DNA of 64,000 nt from NCBI GenBank assembly GCA_041397845.1, contig JAWKVW010000006.1:6061-70060 (forward strand). Direction: 5' to 3'. The position numbers and the translations under genes are program-made. The number at the start of each line of letters is the position of its first letter. The stretch's first letter is position 1. The stretch is from Hyphomicrobiales bacterium (GTDB lineage: Bacteria > Pseudomonadota > Alphaproteobacteria > Rhizobiales > JAKPQE01). The notes beneath the pieces were generated by a model that worked only from the letters and a program-made list of their open reading frames with translations, did not search any database and had not been told where the DNA came from. Positions 34,899 to 43,200 of the stretch are shown in pieces.

Positions 34899-35269
34899 CA
34901 GTGTTCCCTCGTCTCGACGATCTCGCCGGTCGCGGCATCGACCAGCATGACGGACCGGGCGCCGGCACCGTCGATGAGCTTGAAGCGATAAAGCCACTGC
35001 CCATCGCGGCGGGCAAAGGAGATGTCGACGATTTCGGCGTTTTCCGGCAGCGACGGCTTGATCCTGCCGAGGATCTCGGCGAGCGGGCGGACCTCGCCAC
35101 GCTCCAGCGCCTCATGGGCCAGATCGTGATCGTCGGCGTCGTGGTCGTCGTCGTGATGGCGGTGGCGCCGATCGGCAAGGGCCGGCCCGGCAGCGAGCGC
35201 GGCCATGCCGACGAGGGCCTGCAAGGCGGCCCTGCGGCTCATCCAGCGCGCGCTATCCGGTCGCGACAT
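34898..35269 (-). CDS. PepSY-domain periplasmic protein with a His/Asp-rich stretch
   Basis: ORF 34898..35584(-) from Met at 35269. The Tat/Sec-like leader is MSRPDSARWMSRRAALQALVGMAALAAGPALA, followed by DRRHRHHDDDHDADDHD and a PepSY fold signature (ILGRIKPSLPENAEIVDISFARRDGQWLYRFKLIDGAG...VDAATGEIV). Its stop overlaps the regulator start (TGATG). Confidence 0.75.
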   Translation of the reverse strand: MSRPDSARWMSRRAALQALVGMAALAAGPALADRRHRHHDDDHDADDHDLAHEALERGEVRPLAEILGRIKPSLPENAEIVDISFARRDGQWLYRFKLIDGAGARSVMLVDAATGEIVETREH

Positions 35270-35333
35270 CAATCCCCTGCCCTTCTCCAACGGCGCCCGC
35301 CGCCGGCCGCCACACGCCCAGAATACGCCGGCA

Positions 35334-35837
35334 TCAATCGTCTTCGTAATAGCCCATCTCGGCGCCGCGATGGCAGGCGACGCAATTGGCCTTCGACTTG
35401 ACGCGCGGATCCTCGAAAGCGCCCGGCCGGACTTCGCCGCGATGCTCGCGGATCCAGTACGGCGTCCCGGAGATGCGCAGCGGCGTGTCGGACGCGCCGA
35501 GGCCGCGCATGAAATGGTTGTCGCGGCCGCTGGCGTCACCTGCATTGGCGACGAGGTAGCCGGTGATGGCTTTCGCCTTGTCATCGGGCAGCGCGGCGTT
35601 CTCGCCGAAGTGGTCGGAAAGGCCGTTCATGATGGCGGTCCAGGAACGGGCCGGCAGCATCGCCGGCTGGAAGGCCATGTGGCAGGCGCCGCATTCCTCG
35701 ATGGTCGCCATATCGGTCACGGCACCCAGTCGCCGGCCCTCGCCGTCACGGTCGGCGCGGGCGGCGGTGACGGTCGCGGCAGCGATGGCCGAGCCGATGG
35801 TGGCGACGGCGGCAAGGGCCAGAATGGTTCTCGTCAT
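35334..35837 (-). CDS. Diheme cytochrome c (DHC family)
   Basis: ORF 35334..36248(-) from Met at 35837, after AGGAA. It has a signal peptide and two CxxCH motifs (ECGACH, NCVACH). It is paralogous to the C-terminal domain of the cytochrome b gene at 36306. Confidence 0.8.
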   Translation of the reverse strand: MTRTILALAAVATIGSAIAAATVTAARADRDGEGRRLGAVTDMATIEECGACHMAFQPAMLPARSWTAIMNGLSDHFGENAALPDDKAKAITGYLVANAGDASGRDNHFMRGLGASDTPLRISGTPYWIREHRGEVRPGAFEDPRVKSKANCVACHRGAEMGYYEDD

Positions 35838-35865
35838 GATGTGAATTCCTTTCAAATTAGCCGGC

Positions 35866-36291
35866 TTATTTACCAGACATGAATGTGATGAAGTCGCCCT
35901 TTTCCGTCGCGGTACATTCGCGGCCGAGGACGCTCTTGCAATTGCGGCCGAACCATTTCTCGATCTTGGCCATATCGGTGTAGCGATCGGGCGACTTCGA
36001 GACGGCCATCGGGGCGATGTCCTTGCCGGCACGGGTGCGGCCGCCCGACGCCGGATTGTCGGTGTGGCAAGCGGTGCAGGCCGGCGTTTCAGCCTCGCCG
36101 CCTGAGAAACGGGTGCGATAGAGCGCCTCGCCACGGGCGGCCGAAAACCCGGAAAAACCGGGGTTTTCCGCCTTGGCCGCAGCGGCGAAATGGTTGATCG
36201 CGGCCTCCCTTGCAGGGTTCGCCAGGGCCGGCAGGGTGATGGCGGCAAGGAGCGGCAGGGCCAGAAGTGCTCGACGGCAACGGGTTTTCAT
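35866..36291 (-). CDS. SHP-like (DUF1924-type) monoheme cytochrome c
   Basis: ORF 35866..36291(-) has the signal peptide MKTRCRRALLALPLLAAITLPALA and a single CxxCH (ACTACH). Its size and its position between cytochrome b and DHC match the SHP/DHC/cytochrome b clusters described in Rhodobacter sphaeroides. Confidence 0.65.
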   Translation of the reverse strand: MKTRCRRALLALPLLAAITLPALANPAREAAINHFAAAAKAENPGFSGFSAARGEALYRTRFSGGEAETPACTACHTDNPASGGRTRAGKDIAPMAVSKSPDRYTDMAKIEKWFGRNCKSVLGRECTATEKGDFITFMSGK

Positions 36292-36305
36292 CTCGTGTCA
36301 TTCCC

Positions 36306-37454
36306 TCATTGTTTCGACAGGTCCGGAATGGCGATCGCCGCGTCGTCGAAGCGACCGGTCCCGGCGTCGCCATGGCAGGCGCCGCAGGCGCCGCGAGCAC
36401 CGACTTTTAAGTCGGCAAATGTTCCGTCGTCGATACCAGCGTGGCGGCGCTTCCAGAACGGCGTCGCGGTGATGCGCAGCGGGTCGGCGGGATCGCGGCG
36501 ACGGAACCAGTTAGCCGCCTTTGTGTCGTATTCGGTGGCGCTGTTGGCGAGCAGATAGGTGGCGAGGCGGTTGACGGTCTCGGGCGGCAGCGTGGCGTCC
36601 TCGCCGAAGTGGCGATCGAGCCCCTTCAGCATCGATTGCCATTCGGCGGCGCCGGCAAGGCTCGGATGGAAGGCGATATGGCAATCGCCGCATTCAGTCC
36701 GATAGACGGGATCGAGCGGCGCCTGCGGCACGCCGCGTCCCGGCAGGCTGGCGAACGCCATGGTGCCGGCGGCACCCACGCCGCCGACAAGCGCGACGAA
36801 GGCGAGCGCCGGGACGGTCCTTGCCGTTGCCGGACGCGGATGATCGGCGGGCACAAGCGCCGGCTTGCGGCCGGTGACCATCGCGCCGGCGAGGTTGATG
36901 CGCTCGGCAAGGCTGGAAAGCACGACGCCGGCAACATGGGCGGCGACGAGACCAAGCAGGGCAAACGCCAGGATTTCGTGCAGCTCGCGGACGACGCTGC
37001 CTGCCGCAAAACTCGTGATGAAGGCCAGCGGCCCGCGCTTCTCGACGCCGCCAAGAGCGATGACGCCGCTCAGGACGAGTGCCGCGAGGACGGCGAGCAG
37101 CGCGAAGACCATCAGCGCGCCGAGGGGATTGTGGCCGCGATAGTGCGGCGCCCGATGGCCGATGTGAGCGCGGAGGTAATCGAGCGTGCGGGCCGGCGCA
37201 TAGAGAAAGGCGCTGAAGCGCGCATGGGACGAGCCGGCGATGCCCCAGGCGAGGCGCAGGACGAGCAGCAGGGCGATCGCGGCACCGGCGACGAGGTGCA
37301 GGTTCAGCCAGTTTTCCGGAAGGAGAAAGCCGGAGACCATCGCCACGGCGACGGTCGCGACGAGGGACCAGTGAAAGAGACGGATCAGCCGATCCCAGAC
37401 GGCGATCGTATCGACCGGCTGAGCCGCTTTCCTGCCGTCCCGTCCAATCGTCAT
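36306..37454 (-). CDS. Cytochrome b561-family membrane protein fused to a C-terminal diheme cytochrome c (DHC) domain
   Basis: ORF 36306..37535(-) from Met at 37454. The N-terminal 4-TM b-type domain reads VWDRLIRLFHWSLVATV...GHNPLGALMVF...ELHEILAFALLGLVAAHV. A further TM follows, then a periplasmic domain with CGDCH and CGACH that aligns with the standalone DHC. Confidence 0.8.
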   Translation of the reverse strand: MTIGRDGRKAAQPVDTIAVWDRLIRLFHWSLVATVAVAMVSGFLLPENWLNLHLVAGAAIALLLVLRLAWGIAGSSHARFSAFLYAPARTLDYLRAHIGHRAPHYRGHNPLGALMVFALLAVLAALVLSGVIALGGVEKRGPLAFITSFAAGSVVRELHEILAFALLGLVAAHVAGVVLSSLAERINLAGAMVTGRKPALVPADHPRPATARTVPALAFVALVGGVGAAGTMAFASLPGRGVPQAPLDPVYRTECGDCHIAFHPSLAGAAEWQSMLKGLDRHFGEDATLPPETVNRLATYLLANSATEYDTKAANWFRRRDPADPLRITATPFWKRRHAGIDDGTFADLKVGARGACGACHGDAGTGRFDDAAIAIPDLSKQ

Positions 37455-37497
37455 CTTCCCGTCTCCACCATCGCTCGCCGTCCAATCCGGAACCGGA

Positions 37498-37541
37498 CGT
37501 GCCGTGCCGCTTCGGGGCTTTGCGAGGGCAGGCACGGCACG
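37498..37541. promoter_or_regulatory. 11-bp perfect inverted repeat upstream of the cytochrome operon (candidate operator or leader hairpin)
   Basis: CGTGCCGTGCC (37498-37508), a 22-nt spacer, then GGCACGGCACG (37531-37541). It lies 44-87 nt upstream of the cytochrome b ATG at 37454. Confidence 0.4.
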
Positions 37542-37825
37542 CCACTTCCGGGTGGCGCCACGGACGGGGCGCCGGGTTCGATCGGCCGGTTCCCGGGAGG
37601 GACGGCCGACCCGTCGATGCGCGGCCCCGCGACCGGGGATGCGTCAGCGGTGGCGGGGCCGATCCCGCATCGACACGGACGGTTCTAGCGAAGGGGTCGT
37701 GACGCGCGGCTGTCGGGCGCTGTCAGCGTCCCGTCAGCTTCAGCGGGGGATCGCGATGGCGCGTTGCCGGCGCCCTCTTCCTACTTTAGTTTGCAGTCTC
37801 CCGGCAGGATGGAGCGGCAGGCGGA

Positions 37826-38533
37826 ATGCAGGATTTCGGCGAAGCTGTCGGCCTTGCAGGCCGACTTCTCCTTTCAGGAGACGAAACGCTCGGCGAGATC
37901 GTGTGGCTGTCGCTGAAGATCAACGCCGGCGCGGTGGCGCTCGCCGCCACGATCGGCATGCCGCTCGGGGCGACGCTGGCGGTCGCGCGCTTTCCCGGAC
38001 GACAGGCGATCGTCGTCCTCATCAATTCGCTGATGGGCCTGCCGCCGGTCGTCGTCGGACTGCTCGTCTACCTGATGCTGTCGAATGCCGGGCCGCTCGG
38101 CGTGCTGCAACTGCTGTACACACCGACGGCGATGATCATCGCCCAGACGGTGCTGGTTACGCCGATCATCACGGCGCTGACGCGGCAGGTGATCGAGGAT
38201 CTCGACGCGGAATACCGCGAACAGCTCGATTCCTTTGCCGTCAGCGGCCTTGCCCGGATCGGCACGCTGCTGCTCGACGCGCGCGCCAGTCTCGTCACGG
38301 CCGTGCTTGCCGGCTTCGGCCGCTCCGTTGCCGAGGTCGGCGCCGTCATCATCGTCGGCGGCAACATCAACCACGTCACCCGGGTGATGACGACCGCGAT
38401 CGCGCTCGAGACATCGAAGGGCAATCTGGCGCTGGCGCTGGCGCTCGGCTTCGTGCTGCTGACGCTGGCGATCGCCGTCAACGGCGCGGTCGGCGGATTG
38501 CGGCTTGCCATGGTGCGGGGCGCCCATGCTTGA
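37826..38533 (+). CDS. tupB: Tungstate-type ABC transporter permease
   Basis: ORF 37826..38533: LLLSGDETLGEIVWLSLKINAGAVALAATIGMPLG...IIAQTVLVTPII..., a 5-6 TM protein. It is followed by an ATPase gene and a TupA-like binding-protein gene. Confidence 0.75.
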   Translation: MQDFGEAVGLAGRLLLSGDETLGEIVWLSLKINAGAVALAATIGMPLGATLAVARFPGRQAIVVLINSLMGLPPVVVGLLVYLMLSNAGPLGVLQLLYTPTAMIIAQTVLVTPIITALTRQVIEDLDAEYREQLDSFAVSGLARIGTLLLDARASLVTAVLAGFGRSVAEVGAVIIVGGNINHVTRVMTTAIALETSKGNLALALALGFVLLTLAIAVNGAVGGLRLAMVRGAHA

Positions 38534-39278
38534 GCGGCCGATCATCAGCCAGCCGGCGCGCACCGCCTCGATGCCGCTCGTCGTCGAGGACCTCGTTTTC
38601 GCGACCGGCGGGCGGCGGCTCATCGACGGTATCAGCCTCAGGCTCGAGGCTGGCCGGCGCACCGCGATCATGGGCCCGAACGGAGCCGGCAAGAGCCTGT
38701 TCCTCAGGCTCATTCACGGTCTCATCGCGCCGAGCTCGGGCCGCGTCACCTGGAATGGCCGCCCGCCGGAGCGTGATGTCCGCCTTGCCCAGGCGATGGT
38801 GTTCCAGCGGCCGGTGCTGCTGCGCCGCTCGGTCGCGGCGAATATCGACTATGCCCTCAAGGCCCATGGCGTTGCCCGGCGGGAGCGGACCGCGCGGGCG
38901 GCGGCGGCGCTTGAACAGGCCGGGCTCGGCCATCTTGCCGGCCAGGCGGCGCGCCTGCTTTCCGGCGGCGAGCAGCAGCGCCTCGCGGTGGCGCGGGCCA
39001 TCGCCGTTGCGCCGGACGTGCTGCTGCTCGACGAGCCGACCTCGAGCCTTGATCCGCATTCGACCCTCAAGGTGGAAATGCTGATCGCGCGGGCAGCGCA
39101 GGACGGCGCCCGCATCGTTCTCGTCACGCACGACCCCGGGCAGGCGAAACGGTTCGCCGACGAGGTCCTGTTCCTGCATCGCGGCCGGCTTCTGGAACAT
39201 ACCCCGGCCGAGATCTTCTTCGATACGCCGCGCTCGGCGGAAGCCCGGAGCTTCCTTGCCGGCGAACTCGTTCTTTGA
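38526..39278 (+). CDS. tupC: ABC transporter ATP-binding protein (TupC-like)
   Basis: ORF 38505..39278 from ATG 38526 has Walker A GPNGAGKS, the signature LSGGEQQR and Walker B LLLDEPTSSLD. Confidence 0.8.
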   Translation: MLERPIISQPARTASMPLVVEDLVFATGGRRLIDGISLRLEAGRRTAIMGPNGAGKSLFLRLIHGLIAPSSGRVTWNGRPPERDVRLAQAMVFQRPVLLRRSVAANIDYALKAHGVARRERTARAAAALEQAGLGHLAGQAARLLSGGEQQRLAVARAIAVAPDVLLLDEPTSSLDPHSTLKVEMLIARAAQDGARIVLVTHDPGQAKRFADEVLFLHRGRLLEHTPAEIFFDTPRSAEARSFLAGELVL

Positions 39279-39301
39279 CCATCGACCCCACGGGAAAAAC
39301 C

Positions 39302-40126
39302 ATGCGCGTCCTTGCTGCCATTGTTGCTGCCGCCACGCTTCTCATCGCGCAGAGCCTTGCAACGCTCGGCGACGGGAAATTCATCATCGTCCAGTCGACG
39401 ACCTCGACGCAGAATTCCGGCCTGCTCGACTATCTGCTGCCGATCTTCACGGCCAAGACCGGGATCGAGGTCCGGGTGGTGGCGGTCGGCACCGGCCAGG
39501 CGATCAAGAACGCCGCCAATGGCGACGGCGACGTGCTGCTCGTCCATGCCAAGGCGGCGGAGGAGAAGTTCGTTGCCGAGGGCTATGGCGTGAAGCGCTT
39601 CGACCTCATGTACAACGACTTCGTGATCGTCGGCCCGGCCGCCGACCCGGCCGGCATCAACGGCTCGCACGACGTTGTCGCAGCACTGCAGAAGATCGCC
39701 GGGGCGAGTGCGCCGTTCGCCTCGCGCGGCGATGATTCCGGCACGCACAAGGCGGAAATGAAGCTCTGGAAGGCGGCGGGCATCGACCCGACGGCGGCGA
39801 GCGGCGGCTGGTATCGCGAGACCGGCTCGGGGATGGGCCAGACGCTCAACACCGGCGTCGAGATGGGCGCCTATGTGCTGACCGACCGGGCGACCTGGGT
39901 CGCCTTCGGCAACAAGGGCAACTTCACCATCGCCGTCGAGGGCGACGACAAGCTCTTCAACCAGTACGGCGTCATTCTCGTCAACAAGGAGAAGCTTTCG
40001 AACGTCAAGTCCGATCTCGGGCAGGCGTTCGTCGACTGGCTGATCTCCGGCGAAGGCCAGGCGGCGATCGCCGCCTTCCGCGTCGAGGGCCAGCAGCTCT
40101 TCTTCCCGAACGCCAGGAGCGAATAG
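39302..40126 (+). CDS. tupA: Tungstate ABC transporter substrate-binding protein
   Basis: ORF 39275..40126 from ATG 39302 has a signal peptide, then VQSTTSTQNSGLLDYL (the TupA TTSTxxSGL anion-binding motif), GTGQA and SRGDDSGTH. Confidence 0.8.
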   Translation: MRVLAAIVAAATLLIAQSLATLGDGKFIIVQSTTSTQNSGLLDYLLPIFTAKTGIEVRVVAVGTGQAIKNAANGDGDVLLVHAKAAEEKFVAEGYGVKRFDLMYNDFVIVGPAADPAGINGSHDVVAALQKIAGASAPFASRGDDSGTHKAEMKLWKAAGIDPTAASGGWYRETGSGMGQTLNTGVEMGAYVLTDRATWVAFGNKGNFTIAVEGDDKLFNQYGVILVNKEKLSNVKSDLGQAFVDWLISGEGQAAIAAFRVEGQQLFFPNARSE

Positions 40127-40189
40127 CGCCGGCCCTCGGCTGGCAACCACTCTGCTTCGACTTTGACCGGCCGCTGCTCCGCCCGGACC

Positions 40190-40241
40190 CTGATTGCGGC
40201 TATTCAGCCTGGATCCTGAATTGCGGCTATTCAGCCGCGGG
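40190..40241. repeat. Tandem duplication of about 26-27 bp spanning the hybrid kinase stop codon
   Basis: CTGATTGCGGCTATTCAGCC (40190-40209) and CTGAATTGCGGCTATTCAGCC (40216-40236). Each copy contains the minus-strand GCT GAA TAG and a CTGAAT/ATTCAG hairpin. Confidence 0.85.
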
Positions 40242-43200
40242 ACGCTGCACCCGCCATTGCGCCAGCACGGCACGCAATGCTGCCGGCTTCAGCGGCTTGT
40301 TGAGGACGCCGATATTGCGATCGCGGGCGGCGTCGCGAACGCTCGGCGAGCGGTCGGCGGTGATCAGCACCGCCGGCAGGCCGGCGCCGAACCGGCTGCG
40401 CAGGGAGCTCACCGTTTCAAGGCCGGTGCCCTCGTCGAGGTGATAGTCGACAAGCACCACATCGGGCGAGCCGCCGCGATCGCGGAGCTGTTTCAGCGCC
40501 TCGCGGGTCGAGCCGGCCTTCAGCACCGTGCAGCCCCAGCCGGACAGCAGCGCTTCCATGCCGTCGAGGATGCGGGCCTCGTTGTCGATGCAGAGCACGG
40601 TCATGCCGGCCAACTGGGTTGCCGGTGTCGGCATGGCGGTCGGCTCGGTGCGAGCTGAAATCTGGCTTTCGGCGAGCGGTATCTCGACGGAGAATTTCGA
40701 GCCGCGACCGGGCGTCGAGGTCAGCGTCACCGGATGGTCGAGGACGCGGGAGATGCGCTCGACGATGGACAGGCCGAGCCCGAGGCCGCGGGCGGCCCTG
40801 GCGCCGGCCTCGAGGCGCTGGAATTCCTTGAAGATCACCTTCTGCTTGGCGAGCGGAATGCCAAGTCCGGTATCGAAGACGTCGACGCGCACCTTGCCGC
40901 GCCGGCGCCGGCAGCCGACGAGAACACGGCCGGAGGCGGTGTACTTGATGGCGTTCGAGACAAGGTTCTGCAAAAGGCGGCGGAGCAGGCGGCGGTCCGA
41001 GCGGACAGTGAGGCCGGAGGGCACGATCACCAGATCGAGCTTCTTTTCCTTGGCGAGCGGAGCGTATTCGACGGCAAGCTGGTTGAGGATCTCGTCGAGG
41101 CGGAAGGTGCCGATCTCCGGCTTCAGGGCGCCGGCATCGAGGCGCGAGATGTCGAGAACGGCGCCGATGATTTCCTCGACCGCCTCGAGCGAGGCATCGA
41201 CATTCTGGATCAGCCGGCGGTCCTCGTCGCCGGAATGGCGCTCGACAAGGCTCGTCACATAAAGACGGGCGGCGTTCAGCGGCTGGAGAATGTCGTGGCC
41301 GGCGGCGGCAAGGAAGCGCGTCTTGCCGATATTGGCCTCGTCGGCGATCGACTTGGCGCGGGCGAGTTCCTGGTTGAGCCGGGTCAGCTCCTCGGTGCGG
41401 TCGCGGACGCGAACCTCCAGCGTCTCCTTGGCGCGCTCGAGCGCATCGGCGGCGGCAACCCGGTCGGTGATGTCGGTATAGGTGGCGACGATGCCGCCGC
41501 CGGGCATGGCGTTCGGCCGCACTTCGAGAACGACGCCGGTCGAATGCATGCGCTCCTGGAAGGTCTGCATGGAGACGACGAAGCGGTCGATGCGGTCGGC
41601 GACGATGGCGTCGGGATCGCCGGGGCCGAGCTCGCCGCGCTCGGCGTTGAACCGCAGGATCGTGTGCAGGGAAATTCCGACCTGGCCGAACTCGGTCGGC
41701 AGGCCGAGCATGTCGCGGAAATGGCGGTTCCAGCAGATGAGGCGCAGGTCACGATCGAAGACGCAGATGCCCTGGCGCACCTGATCGAGCGCGGTCTGCA
41801 GGAGGTCGCGGTTGTACTGGATGGCGGCGGAGGCGTCGTCGAGGAGTTTCAGCGCGCCCTTGGTCGAGGCATCGGAGCGCTTGAGGAGCAGCGACAGGAC
41901 GAGGCGGGACGAGGCCGCGCCGATGGCGCTTGCCAGCAATTGCTCGGAATAGCGCAGCAGGTGGGCGTCGACCTCGCGATGGGGCTCGAGCGACAGGCTG
42001 CGGGCCTCGGCAAAGCTGTTGAACGAGCGCTCGGTCCGCTCCTCGCCGAGATAGCGCGCGACCGTCGAGCGCAGGTCGCCGACGGTGGTCGTGGTGCGGA
42101 AGAGGCGCAGGGCCGGCGCCTGGGTGAACTCGGCCGGCACGAACAGGTTGGCCTGCAGCCGCTCGATCGGCTCCGGCATGCGGGCGAGCGAAACGACAAC
42201 GAAGGCAAGGACGTTGAAGGTGAGGCTCCAGAAGACGCCGTGAGTCAGCGGATCGAAGGCGAAGGAGAGGAGCGCCTGCGGCTTCAGGAGGCCGATGCCG
42301 AAGGGGCCGTCGTGGATGATCGATTCGGGCACGATGCCCGAGGCGGCGAAGTTCGGCAGCAGCAGCGTATAGGCCCAGACGGCGAAGCCGACGCTCATGC
42401 CGGCGATGGCACCGCGGGCGGTGGCGCGCCGCCAGATCAGGCCGCCGACGAAAGCCGGCGCGAACTGGGCGATCGCAGCAAAGGACAGAAGGCCGATCGA
42501 GGCGAGCGCGGCGGTGTTGCCGGCCAGCCGGTAATAGGCATAGGCGAGCAGCAGGATGACGAAGATCGACAGGCGGCGGATGTTGAGCAGCAACGTGCCC
42601 ATGTCGCTCGCATCGTCGCGCTCGCGCGTGCCGCGGCGCAGGACCAGCGGCATGACGAGATCGTTCGAGATCATGATGGCAAGGGCGACCGTCGCAACGA
42701 TGACCATGGCGGTCGCCGCCGAGAGCCCGCCGATGAAGGCGGCGAGAGAGACGAGGCCGTTGCCCGCCGCCATCGGCAGGCGCAAGACGAAGGTATCGGC
42801 GTCGACCGCGCCGCCGAAATGGACGAGACCGGCGACCGAGACCGGAATGACGAAGAGATTGATGGCGACGAGATAGACCGGGAAGAGCCAGGCGGCGCGG
42901 CGCAGCTCGTTCGGCGCGTTGTTCTCGACCACCGTCACATGAAACTGGCGCGGCAGCAGGAGGCCGGCAAAGAGCGACAGCAGCGTCATGGTGATCCAGG
43001 TGCCGCCGCTGAGGTCGCGGCCAAGAAGGTCGGCGGTGATCCCGGCTTCGTCGGCGATCGCGAAGAGCTGCTGCGGCCCGTCGAAAATGCCGTAGACGAC
43101 GTAAAAGCCGACGGCGAGGAAGGCAACGAGCTTGACCACCGACTCGGCGGCGATCGCCAGCATCAGGCCTTCCTGGTGTTCGGTAGCGTCGATGTGGCGG

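Noticed and set aside
37455-37825. A possible Moco (molybdenum cofactor) riboswitch upstream of the tungstate transporter
   Set aside because: The context would fit, but I cannot recognise the conserved Moco-motif core from memory in this region. I also cannot run a covariance-model search. The idea is unsupported as it stands and should be checked with Rfam and Infernal.
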